A stretch of 59,157 nucleotides of DNA, the filler included, from Sluysia triapertura (lineage: Eukaryota): the NCBI GenBank assembly GCA_046118255.1. It is 5 parts of 5 records of this genome, joined end to end, with 100 filler letters (N's around TTAATTAATTAA, not from the genome) between each part and the next. Parts side by side here need not be neighbours in the genome. Positions count along the whole stretch, not along the records: positions 24,136 to 35,777 come from JBJNIA010182524.1; positions 35,878 to 47,754 come from JBJNIA010161707.1; 3 more parts are not named here. One strand, written 5' to 3'. The number at the start of each line of letters is the position of its first letter. The first letter of the stretch is position 1. A program made the position numbers and the translations under genes. A model generated the notes under the pieces. That model had not been told where the DNA came from. It did not search any database and was given only the letters and a program-made list of their open reading frames with translations. This document shows, piece by piece, positions 28,344 through 39,162 of the stretch.

Positions 28344-30020
28344 CAGTAAACTGCCGATTATTCGGGCTAATGATGGTTAAGGTCGACACGGATAATCCTC
28401 AAAATAATAAAAAAATACTAGTATAATACAAAAACAATGAAAATACATTCAATGCTTTATTAAAAAAATCGGTAATTTTGGTTGTTTAAGTGAATTTTTC
28501 AATGACTTTTTAATATCATCTCGAATTTTTCTTAAATATATTACATCGTTATAGCCGAAGTTCAATTAAGCGACGTATTCTGGTAAAGTATCGACAGAAG
28601 TCAGTGCCGTGTTGTGAATAATACGATTGGTAATATCTTCTACCTCACTTATTTTTATTTTCATTTCGGTTTGAAATAATATCCGTGTCACTCTGTATCT
28701 GGAATCCTGGTTCAGATGAATCAAATCTCATCAACATTTTCAAAGCCATTTAAACTTTTCATTAGTTCACATAATTCTGAAATGTTGCATATCTCAGGTT
28801 CGATAGAGTCCGAAACATAACTTTTGACAAAATTTTCAACCACGATCGAACTAGTATTTTGGCTAATTTTTGTTCCGAAATTTAACAGCTCCATGCATTG
28901 CATCCACATTGTTATTATTTTTCATAAATTCATTAAATCGTCATTCTCATTGCAATGATGGCGTTTCATTAAAGAGATAACTCAGTGATCCATAGGTTGG
29001 ATTAAAGATATTACATTAGGTGGTAAGAATTTTGCAGCTATAAAGCCGTCGTCTGTTTTCAGTATGCTTTCATTTGGATGATAAGGAGCATTAACAGTAG
29101 TGCCTTCTGTGGCAATCCTTTCTGGGACCCATTTATTTTTAAACCAATGTTAAAAGATCCTTCTGTCCAACAAAATTTATTTCTGTTTCTTTAAATGATA
29201 TTGGCTTTTTTGCTTTTCCAATCACGAGAATTTTCACTTTAAGAGTTCCGGATGCGTTGCTACAGCACATGATTGTTATATGTTCTTTATATGATTTATG
29301 GCCTGGAGTCGATGGTTCGTTAGACGAAGCAAGTGTCTTTGTAGGCAAACACTTCCAGTATAAGCCTGTATTATATATTTATATATTTAGTCGGGCTTCA
29401 AATCATTTGCTTGAACATATTCCTCAAATCCAATCCGGATATTTAATAGCGGCGTCAACATTTCCACTAAGGCGTTCTCCTTGGATTGAAAGCTCACAGA
29501 TACCATGACGTTTTTTAACTGACATTCCTTCTACTCGTATTTGATTAAACCATTTAAGCATAGTTGTATCTAAATCTTCATATGATGACATTTGCATACT
29601 TTTCCGAGTTGAGGGACGTACATTACTATCACTCCTCCAACTTTCTTTTTTGCTTAATTATAATGCGAACTGTTTGAGCACCAACTCCATATTCCAAAAG
29701 TTTTGATGTCGATTTACCATTTTCACTCATTTCACTTAAACGAAGCTTTTGTTTCACACTCACTACGATTCTTTTGTGATTATTTGACATTGCGATAGGG
29801 TATTTTTCTAAAATAATTTAAAATTTAAAAAAAATTTTAATTAAAATTTTAATTATCATAAGGTATTTTAAAGCTAAAGAAAAATAAACAATAAATAGCG
29901 GTAAATCAATAAAATTAAAATTGTACTTAAAATAAATATATGCGTATTTATTTAAACAATTATGTATTTTCTAAATATTATGGACGGATAATCCGCGCAC
30001 GGATAATCAGGAGTTTACTG
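28344..30020 (-). mobile_element. Full-length but inactivated pogo/Tigger DNA transposon (1677 bp)
   Basis: 24-bp TIRs CAGTAAACTGCCGATTATTCGGGC and CAGTAAACTCCTGATTATCCGTGC (20/24 identical), with TA on both sides. Transposase from the ATG at 29790: MSNNHKRIVVSVKQKL...YEDLDTTMLKWFNQIR...TGLYWKCLPTKTL...ITIMCCSNASG...VIGKAKKP...NAPYHP...FLPPNVISLIQPMD, with frameshifts. Confidence 0.95.
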
Positions 30021-30059
30021 TAATAAAATTATTTTATCAATATACAATTCTGTAAATAA

Positions 30060-30720
30060 TGATAGTATTGATGCGAAGAAAATTCATCTGCAGAATTATT
30101 ACATTGGTTAGGAATTGTTAACAAGTTTAGCTAATGTAGCATTTGATATTATTGCTCAACATTTTAGAAATGATTTACTTGATATATTGTCAATCACTTT
30201 TACTTTAGAAAAATCTGCAGATGATCCATATAATGAAGATAAATAGCCTTTACGCATAAACCTAAACCAGTACATCGATCTTCATCTAAAACTCCTACCT
30301 ATCTAATATTTCTTAGTACAAACTCACACCAGTTGTCAATCTTTATTCACTAAGCCATGTTCTTTCTATCCAACTGTTTTCATTCCTCTCCATCTGATTA
30401 GTTCACATTGTGTACGTAAACTATTAACAGAAATACAAATCACTTCTTTGATTTTAGCTATCTTGTTACAACCTCGTTTAATTCAACAATTGGTCGGTCG
30501 CGGTGATTTGTTATTCACGACCAGAATTACAAATTTGTCGATTAATTTCGTTTTTTATTACATCATGAGTAAATGATTCTTCAACGAATTCCAGCGATGC
30601 AACAAATCGATTTAGAAACACTATATTCAACTTGTATTGATTTTGATAAAATCAACTCATTTCAAATACAATATATTTTGAAGGCAGTTGCTAATAAATG
30701 GCAATTTCTCAATTATGGAT
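30060..30720 (+). pseudogene. Degenerate afadin/Canoe-like Dilute (DIL) domain fragment
   Basis: Colinear pieces SAELLHWLG, LTSLANVAFDIIAQHFRNDL, LSHVLSIQLFSFL/HLISSHCVRKLL and LYSTCIDFDKINSFQIQYIL parallel afadin ASELLNFI, LAHLVQMAFKYLVHCLQSEL, ALTIQLFSQLFHFI and STCFKLNSLQLQALL. Stops and frameshifts are present. Confidence 0.6.
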
Positions 30721-33255
30721 CGATTTTGTAGCTGGCAAAATTCAAGAAGATGATGGTGTTAATGCGACGGTAGGAATGACAAGAATAAAAATAAAACAAA
30801 GATAACACATATAATAGTAATATGAATAACAAGGAAAAAAGGCTGACAAAGTAATGACACAACATTATTATTATTGTTGTTGTATTTATACATTTATTTA
30901 TTTTATGATTTTAAAAGAAAAGGATTTTTGTGTGTGAATATAGACAGGCTGAAGAAGTGATAATAAACAATGTTATTGCTTTTCTCGAAGATGTGTTATT
31001 TTTAATTTAGGTTGTAACTGATTGTGATTAACATATTTGTGATAAAATTGTTTATTTGGCGTGTAAAATATGTTTGCTTTTTATTTTTTTTGAGTGTTTA
31101 AGTGATATAAAATTTGGGATTATATTTGGACAAAAATCTTTATCTTAAGTTTCAATTTCAAAATTTGGAGGAAAGTATATCCGTAAAATAAAACAAAAAT
31201 AATACGAAGGCGTAACTTTGAACACGTAATTAATTTTGATTTGCCTGAGATGTCATTAAATTTTCCAAATTAGTTAATGAAATATCGCCTATCTTTAACA
31301 TGTTAAATTATATGAATTGAAAAGGAAAAAGACACCAAAATTATACGTATAAAATTTTTATATAAATTGTATAATAATTTGTAGTACGATGTATATCACC
31401 AGTGAAGTTTGAATTGCCAACTAATGTAACCAATTCAAACTTCATTAGTTTACATGTCTATCTTGTTTGAATTTTGTTTAGATTGACAACATGATGATGA
31501 CAATGACGACATATAAACTACAATGGCGAATATAATGACGGCATTTATTATTAATTCTTATTTAGATGATTATTATATTAAATGTTATTTTTATTATATT
31601 AAAATTGTTGAATAAATCGATCCATTGATATTGCTCTCCTAATTCTATTAATTCTCTTAATAGTCTTCACAATTAATTTTTTCTTACTTAGTTTCTTTTA
31701 TATATTTTCTTTTTAAAGATGGCTTTGCACCTTTACATAATTTTGTGACAAAATAAAAGAATATAAAAAGAAAATAAAAATAATAACATTGGAGCATGCA
31801 CCCTAAAATGAAATAATTTATAATAATTCTTATTGTTTTGATTCAAAACAAGATTACCTATATTCTGAGTAATTATCATTGCTTGGCTGTTTATATTTGC
31901 AAACAATATTGATTTACGTTAGGTATCTCATTAGTTCGTAAGTCTGCTGTGGTTGTCAATACCATTAAAGCGAGTATTTTCTAAATTAAAAATGAGTCAC
32001 TTACAAGTATCCAGAAATAATTTCTTTGTGATTTCCTTTTATTTCACATGCAAACGCAAAGTTTTCCTGAGTTCCGTGACAAAGTTTTATTTTCAACCCA
32101 CCCTATTATTTATTGATATTAACATTTCGAAATCGAATTTCCGATATTGATCATAATTAGGTATTGACTTTTTGTTCCAATTTATTGTTGAGGGCTATTC
32201 TCATGTTTTCCATTTCATCTTCAATTTATTGGTGTTATTAAATAAATTATCTTTAAAGGTATTATAATCAGTTTGTCCAATAGACAGATTGCTTCAAAAA
32301 TTCTTTTTTGATTTTCTCATTATTTGTTTTAGTTTTATTATTCATTATTAACTTTACTAGACAGGATGATCTGGTTCTATCCCTGATTCGCATCGTGATC
32401 TCGATGATTAGGAGAATGTACTAAAACGATACGTTGGCAATTCTAGAGTTTAACGTAGTGTATCAGTTGCTTGTTCAGGACCTAATGAAAATATTCATAA
32501 GTTTTCATGATTTTAATATAATGGCTCTTTTTGCTGCATTCCAAAATTATGAATTGGTGTTTCTATTAATGTTATTTCTGGATTATTTTTGGTAAAGTCA
32601 CGTGAGCACATTATTGTAATTTTACAAATCCATAACGACTATGTATTACTATGTCATCTAATTTTTTAAAAAAAGATCCATACCTATAATTAATTCACTT
32701 TGGCGACTATCCCTTGTTTATTGGAATACTTAAAATTGTCATTTAACAATGTCAATATATATTGGATTATTATTACCGTTAAATACTGTAGTAGTGCAGG
32801 TTGATCCATAATAAATTCCCAAAGTAGTCAGAAGATCATGTCGTATAATCCACCTATTATGAACTGAATACTTTGAAACAGTTACTTAAATTCAATGACG
32901 CATTTACCACCATTAGTCTCTTTGGTAGTGGTGAAATGGCAATTGACTTATAAAAATGCATACGTACATACATCATAGACATAAATTAACTCTAATGAAA
33001 GCAGTCAACTAATACCTTTAATAAGTTGAATTAAAATTCTGTTACGAAACAGTTCAAGCTCGATATAATTTATTTTCTTTCTTTTTTAAAACTCTATCAA
33101 GTAATAACTTATAAATTTGAAAATGTGTCATAACATTCAATAAAAAAATTATTCAATACTCGCAGTAATGTACCATGATTTATCATTTAAAATTGTTTGA
33201 TTTGAGAAAAATCATATTTAGAAGTGCTGATCGGTTCGGAATTCATGATTTGAAA

Positions 33256-33700
33256 CTACGGTTTATACTCTGCTCTTCGATCAGTGGCAATTATTGAGTC
33301 TTGATAAAAGCCGTGATCTGTGGTATCTTTACATTCGTCGCACTGGCATAAATTGGTGCATTTTATTTTTACTTGGAAATGTTCACAATAATTTTTCAAG
33401 CAATTTGACCGATGACATCTGCAGCATCTTGAATGCTCATTATAACCATCATTAGGATTAATTTTCTGGTTGGAAGTCTCTAGGTTACTTGTAATCAAAC
33501 TTTTAATAACCTGGTTCCGCCTTTCAATATTACAATAATTGTTTCTACAATTTCGACAGTTAAGACTCTTGGAAAGTAACTTTTGTAAAATACTGAAAGT
33601 ATAATGAGACTTATGAACGCTTACAGGGTCGCTGTGACTGCATACCATTAACGAAAGGAAGATTTTTGCGGTAATTCTTTCGCATTTCGAGTTTTTTCAT
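33256..33700 (-). pseudogene. LIN54: LIN54/tesmin-like CXC (CRC) domain pseudogene
   Basis: HSRCCRCHRSNCLKNYCEHFQVKIKCTNLCQCDECKD is the second CXC. The linker RRNQVIKSLITSNLETSNQKI is a degenerate RNPxAFxPKI. The first CXC (RPCKRS*...NCRNCRNN) is broken by a stop and frameshift. No intron lies in this span. Confidence 0.85.
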
Positions 33701-35777
33701 TTAAATAAGCACTTTACAACCTTTAAATGAATTTTTTGTTTTAGAATCGTTTTTAACAATTCTTAAATTAATTCTTAATGGTTTATGACTGGAAATTTGA
33801 TGTATTTAAATAATTCATGTTTAATTAGTTGATTACTGTATAATTTTACAGCAATTAAATTATTATGGAGTTTATCAACATATTGTGGAGCAAAATTAAA
33901 ATTAAAGCATTTAATTTAAACAAGATTCGATGAGAATATTGATGCATTGGTGGTTATTTCATTGTGGTTATTTTCTACAATATGTTTGTGTTTTCATTCA
34001 TAATTTTGTTTAAAAAATTCTATTGGATTATTTAAACTTAAAATATTAAATTAGTATATTTAAATGAAACTGAACTAATGTTACGGTTAAATTTTGTTAT
34101 TGGTTCTAAAGCTGTATCGAGATACAATAAATCTGGAATCGAATTGACTTTATTAAATGTTACTATTCTAGGATAATGATTACGATTTAGTTGATAAATA
34201 AAAGAATTTTCTTTTGTAATTGCTAAAATTGTCATGATGAATTTTGTTTTATATGTTTATCTATCTGATTGAGAAGTTATTACAAAGATTAATCAGTAAA
34301 TAACCAGGACATTAAAGACAATTTTTATTAATTTGATTGAGTTGAAATTTTCAAAATTTCCGATTCATATAATGTAAATGAATTGATTATTTTCATTGTT
34401 TAATGGATTGCTTAATTCCGTATCTTCCCATAATCCAAACAGTATTTCCGACAATTTAGAAAATCCAGCAGCAAAAAATTTGGTCATCTTTTAAATATAG
34501 CTTGTGGTTTTGCTCCCTCATGACATTTGCTTTCTGATATTATTTCACCGTTTCTTGGTTGACAATTATATTTTTAGCATCTCGTCCTTAATTTTATATT
34601 AGATCCACAGATATTATTTGAAATCTAAGATTAAAAGTGAAAATAAATCAAAAATTAAATTACAGAAATAACATGGAAGTCAGTGATGATTTATACTGAC
34701 GATCATGAGGGTAAGAACGACGATGTTCAGGAAAAGAAACTAATGTTTGAATAATTAATTGTTACAATTTTAATATAGTAGATTTTATTGAGAATTTTTA
34801 CACTTTGTAATATTGTGCTTTGTAATGTGTTTTGGATATAATGAATTGGTAATGTTTAAGGTGGATTTAGTGTGAGACAAATTTGTATATGAATGGTAAT
34901 AAAATTTACTGTTGATAAGGTTTATAATAAGGTTTGTAGTTTCTATTGGGTGCATGAGGTGGCAATGAATTGGAAACATTTTATGTGTAAATTAAATATA
35001 ATTTTAGGTATGAATTTATGTGCGAAGGTGGTAACAAAACCATCGTGTGTGCTTGAGACACCACAATCATATCTTCTATAGTGTCGTATGTGATTTTAGT
35101 TATGTAAATAGCATTTATGTGCACTGGATTCAGTGTTACATTATTATTAGGGTTGTTTTGTTACATATATCAATAAATGAAAATACAAAGTGAGCACACT
35201 TGAGATACTAGCTTTACGTGTTACGGCTAGTCCATATGATTTGGAAGAATGCAAAGTGTAAATCTAATGGAGGTCAAATAAATCAGTTTATAAATTTAAC
35301 TTAATACGGGAAAGCTTAATGAGAATAGATTTCGAATAACGACTTTTAATTCTCAGTCCGCCTTTAGGCGAGATTAACAAAGTTTTAAATCTTATTTTAT
35401 TTAAATCTTATCTTAAATATGCTATTATTCGATTTTCGCGTAATCGCGAGATTAATGATTTAATTGATTTTATAAAGGTTATGTTTAAATATTTGGGTAT
35501 TATACACCGAAGAATATCTGAATACGATTAATTTTGGTACGATTAATTTTATCAGCGATCCTTATTAAATGGATCGGGAAAACATATGAATTTATTAGTA
35601 CTTGGAGTTTAAAGTTACAAAATAAATGTATATTAACTTAATTAACAGTTTATAGAACAATATTATAAAAAATAGTTAATAGAATAATAATACAAGTTTT
35701 TTAACCGATAATCGGTTAATGAGAACATGTTTTATTAAAATAAACATTTTTTATTTTGGTTTTATTTTTTTCAAAAT

Positions 35778-35877
35778 NNNNNNNNNNNNNNNNNNNNNNN
35801 NNNNNNNNNNNNNNNNNNNNNTTAATTAATTAANNNNNNNNNNNNNNNNNNNNNNNNNNNNNNNNNNNNNNNNNNNN
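35778..35877. other. Artificial contig linker
   Basis: N44-TTAATTAATTAA-N44. Confidence 0.98.
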
Positions 35878-35936
<59 letters not shown>

Positions 35937-35938
35937 TA
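35878..35938. repeat. (AAT)n microsatellite at contig start
   Basis: Near-perfect AAT run. Confidence 0.97.
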
Positions 35939-36324
35939 AGATAGCTTCCTATGAACTTTATTGCAAATAATTTTAGTAAGGGTTAGACTACAATTTGTAA
36001 CTTAGTAAGTTAAGTAAGCTCGCTTATAGCAATGCCAAAATAAATTAAATAACTTAATGCCTGATCGATATTGTAACTAATAATCTTGTAACTAATAATC
36101 TTGATAATGTGTATCACGATTTATTTATATTCACTAATTGAATATCAAAACAAATTATGAGTAAAAATAATTTATATTTTTATTAAATAAAAAACTTATT
36201 AGATATAGAGACAAATAAAACAGGAAGAAGTATTACAATTTTAAAATTAAAATTTTTTTTAATTATACCAAACTGTGACAATCTAAGAATAAATATTAAG
36301 ATGGGTCAGCCACCGTCAAAGCTA

Positions 36325-36940
36325 ATAATAATATATAATAATAGTAGCCTAGATTATTAAATTACTAAAAATAATAATTTATAATGTGATATCGCGTTCG
36401 TTTTTGAGACATAAACAGTATACAACCTATCACCTAGCTTGTTATCACTGTGGATTCTGTATAGATCATTATTATGTCTCAATGAAATATTCATCTTCGT
36501 TTCCAACTTTCGTAATATTTCTAAAAGATATTCAGCACTTCCGTAATGTAAGCATTTGTGAATTATTTTCATGATTTTAAATTCTATTCTTGCTTTTATT
36601 GGCAACCAATATAATTCTTTGAGATAGGGCGTTATATGAGATCTTCTTCCAACTTGGAGAATTAGTCATGCTGCTTGATTAATTATTAATTGTAATTTTT
36701 TCACTTTTCTATCTGAAATTGAGTACAATAAACCATTGTTAAAATCTATGTTGCTAGTTATCAATGAATGAACAATAAGTTTAGCTGTTTCTTTATTAAT
36801 AAATTTTCGAATATGTAATATTTTATTTAATTGAAATTTACACTTTTTAATAATATAATTAATATTTTCTTCCATGTTCATTTTTGAATCCATATAACAA
36901 CATATATTTCGTACTTTTTGCTTCGCATTTAGTGTGTCTT
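36325..36940 (-). mobile_element. 5'-truncated L2/CR1-group LINE, ORF2 C-terminal region
   Basis: One frame: KVRNICCYMDSKMNMEENINYIIKKCKFQLNKILHIRKFI...LIVHSLITSNIDFNNGLL...KLQLIINQAA*LIL...SHITPYLKELYWLPIKARIEFKI. A (TTA)n-like tail follows. Confidence 0.92.
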
Positions 36941-37793
36941 ATCACCTACAATTAGCGGTTGATTTACTTTGCACTTGTACTAACCAATCAATATATTGCA
37001 AAGTTACAAATTCAGTGACGCATAGTAGGAATAATGACAAGAAAGGTATATTTGAAAGTTATTTATTTAGTTTATTCGGTATATTCAATAATGTGTTCTT
37101 TAGTGGTAACAAATCGACTCAATTTCACAAGTAGAGAGTCAAACTACAATTATTCATAATCTCAATCCATGTGCACTAAGACCGATTGTAGCAGCTGTTA
37201 ATAATTTGGAAAATAAAATTATTTCAATTCGATGCATATCCGTCACTTTTCGTGCAACCACACCACATTTTCTTTTAATTCATCTAAATTAGTTACTGGG
37301 AAACATTCTGAGATGTCCAATCATATTCAGTTATTTTATCCACCAAATAATAAAGTTTATCGGAGAGTTTTATTTATCAAAAACTGAATTAACAGCACTT
37401 CAGTTGAACATGCATATTTCGTTCTACAAATCCTAGCTCTTCTTGTGTACATTCAGAGAAAATAATGTCAAATTAGCAGTAAAGATATTCCAAGAACTAA
37501 AGAACCAATTATAGACATTGAATCCGACATTAATCATCCAGGTTCTAATCGAACGAATACGACGGAAAAGCAATGGAAACATCATTATCTCATTCATAAC
37601 AAGTTGCAAACTCGAGTCGATCCTTCTTTCTTTAATGAAATACAATCGCCTCGAGAAAGTCGCGATGTTAAGTCATGTCAGATTTATCTAGAAACATGGT
37701 AACAGAGAATTCCATAAAAAGTGCTGACCACGGTTCCATCCACCAATATCAAACACGTACTTCGCTACTCAATAACATCTCAAGCTGTACCAA

Positions 37794-37938
37794 TGTTGGG
37801 ACAAAAGCCTAAAGTGCCATAGAAGAATGATAGTATAATTAATTATAATAAAACAAAATTGTTAGACGGGGCTGATAGCTCAGTGAGTAGAGCATCGAAC
37901 TGCGCAGCGAGAGAGTCGGTCAGTCCATTTTATGAAGT
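37794..37938 (+). mobile_element. tRNA-containing repeat family, copy A (B-box deleted)
   Basis: TGTTGGGACAAAAGCCTAAAGTGCCA...GTTAGACGGGGCTGATAGCTCAGTGAGTAGAGCATCGAACTGC...GGTCAGTCCATTTTATGAAGT. Confidence 0.85.
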
Positions 37939-38054
37939 CAAGATTGTTTACGATCGATTAGTGAGTACATTTTATTATTTTTAGTTGATCCTAAATACTC
38001 AGAATTTTGTGTTATTTTATTACATTTCGTCAATTCTTATTTATGTTTTGATTA

Positions 38055-38330
38055 ATTGTAGGTCTTAGATGCTTATCAACGCTTCAACAATTCTTAACGA
38101 TTAATGAAGTCTCAGATGATCTCAAAGGTCACGGTTCAAAAGTTCCCTAATGCCTTTAAAGGTATTCTTCAGTTGTTAACATTATTATAGATGTTTTCAT
38201 TTCATGATTCTTATTCGACAATGTTTATAATGTTCAATCCTTCACTTTATAGTTCTGTATGTTTATTACTCAACTCCTGATCCACAGTTGGGCAATCCCA
38301 ACAATACATTTTTATTGTGCATTTAAGCTA
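38055..38330. repeat. Dispersed repeat family (other copies at ~51840-52370 and ~55620-56115)
   Basis: Blocks shared by two or three copies: AGATGCTTATCAA, TATTCTTCA..TGT.AACATT..TATAGATGTTT, TTATAATGTT.AATC and TGGGCAATCCCAACAA. Confidence 0.75.
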
Positions 38331-39000
38331 CATATTATAATTGATAATTTTATGTTTTGATTCAATGAGGATTAATTATTCGCTGAGTATTTTAATTCAA
38401 AATATAACCTAAAATGTTTTATTAACAAGATTGCTAAATGAAATAATAATGGTCATTTTGATCAAAAGAGTTTTTATAATAAATCATCTAATTTATGACT
38501 GATGATATTATACAACGTTGCAAACATTTGGACAGTGCATCTTTATCGAAATAAAGTCTTGGCACATGAGCTAACTAACCTAAATATCTTTGCTGTAATG
38601 TTTGAGCTTAAAATCTTTCTAGACAGACATCATGTCGAGTTAGATACGAATCAAACAGACGATTACAACATAAACTTCTGAATAAATTTAATCCAATTAA
38701 GAATGAGCTTTTTAGGTAGGTATGTAGTTAAACTTGATTACAATTTCCAAACAACGGCGGATAGTATTCTTGACTTAGGAGAGGCCTGTGGTCATCTTTA
38801 AAACTAATCCCGTTTACATGAATGCCCTTCATTTCTTCTATCTGTTCGTTTAACGAGTTGAGTATCTTGACTTGGATTAAAATGTTGTACTGCGAAAAGA
38901 CTTTAAAATCTATTATAAATACTAGATATACAATGAATATGTGTAGCCGAATGATAATTTAATTTTCAAGTTTTATTGGATAATTATTGGTTTGATTTAG

Positions 39001-39162
39001 CCAGAATTCATTGGTCAAGAAAATCGTGGTATTTCTGATTTCCAAACCGATTGGCCCACTGGTCCATTATCTGCTTTGAAGGATGCGCTGAAGATGGAAC
39101 GAATAATTAATGAAAAATTCATCGATTTGAGTAAACAATCTAAACAACTTAAAGATCCATTG
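39001..39162 (+). CDS. Single ferritin exon (equivalent to exon 3 of animal ferritins)
   Basis: Splice sites tttAG|...|GTcagt, phase 0/0, flank an open frame PEFIGQENRGISDFQTDWPTGPLSALKDALKMERIINEKFIDLSKQSKQLKDPL. This matches ferritin KP..DEW.SGL.AM..AL.LEK.VNQ.LL.LH......DPH with the same intron positions. Confidence 0.8.

Noticed and set aside
30470-30520. FtsK-like QLVGRGDLLF motif
   Set aside because: No ATPase motifs are nearby, and the surrounding frames fit a Dilute domain better.
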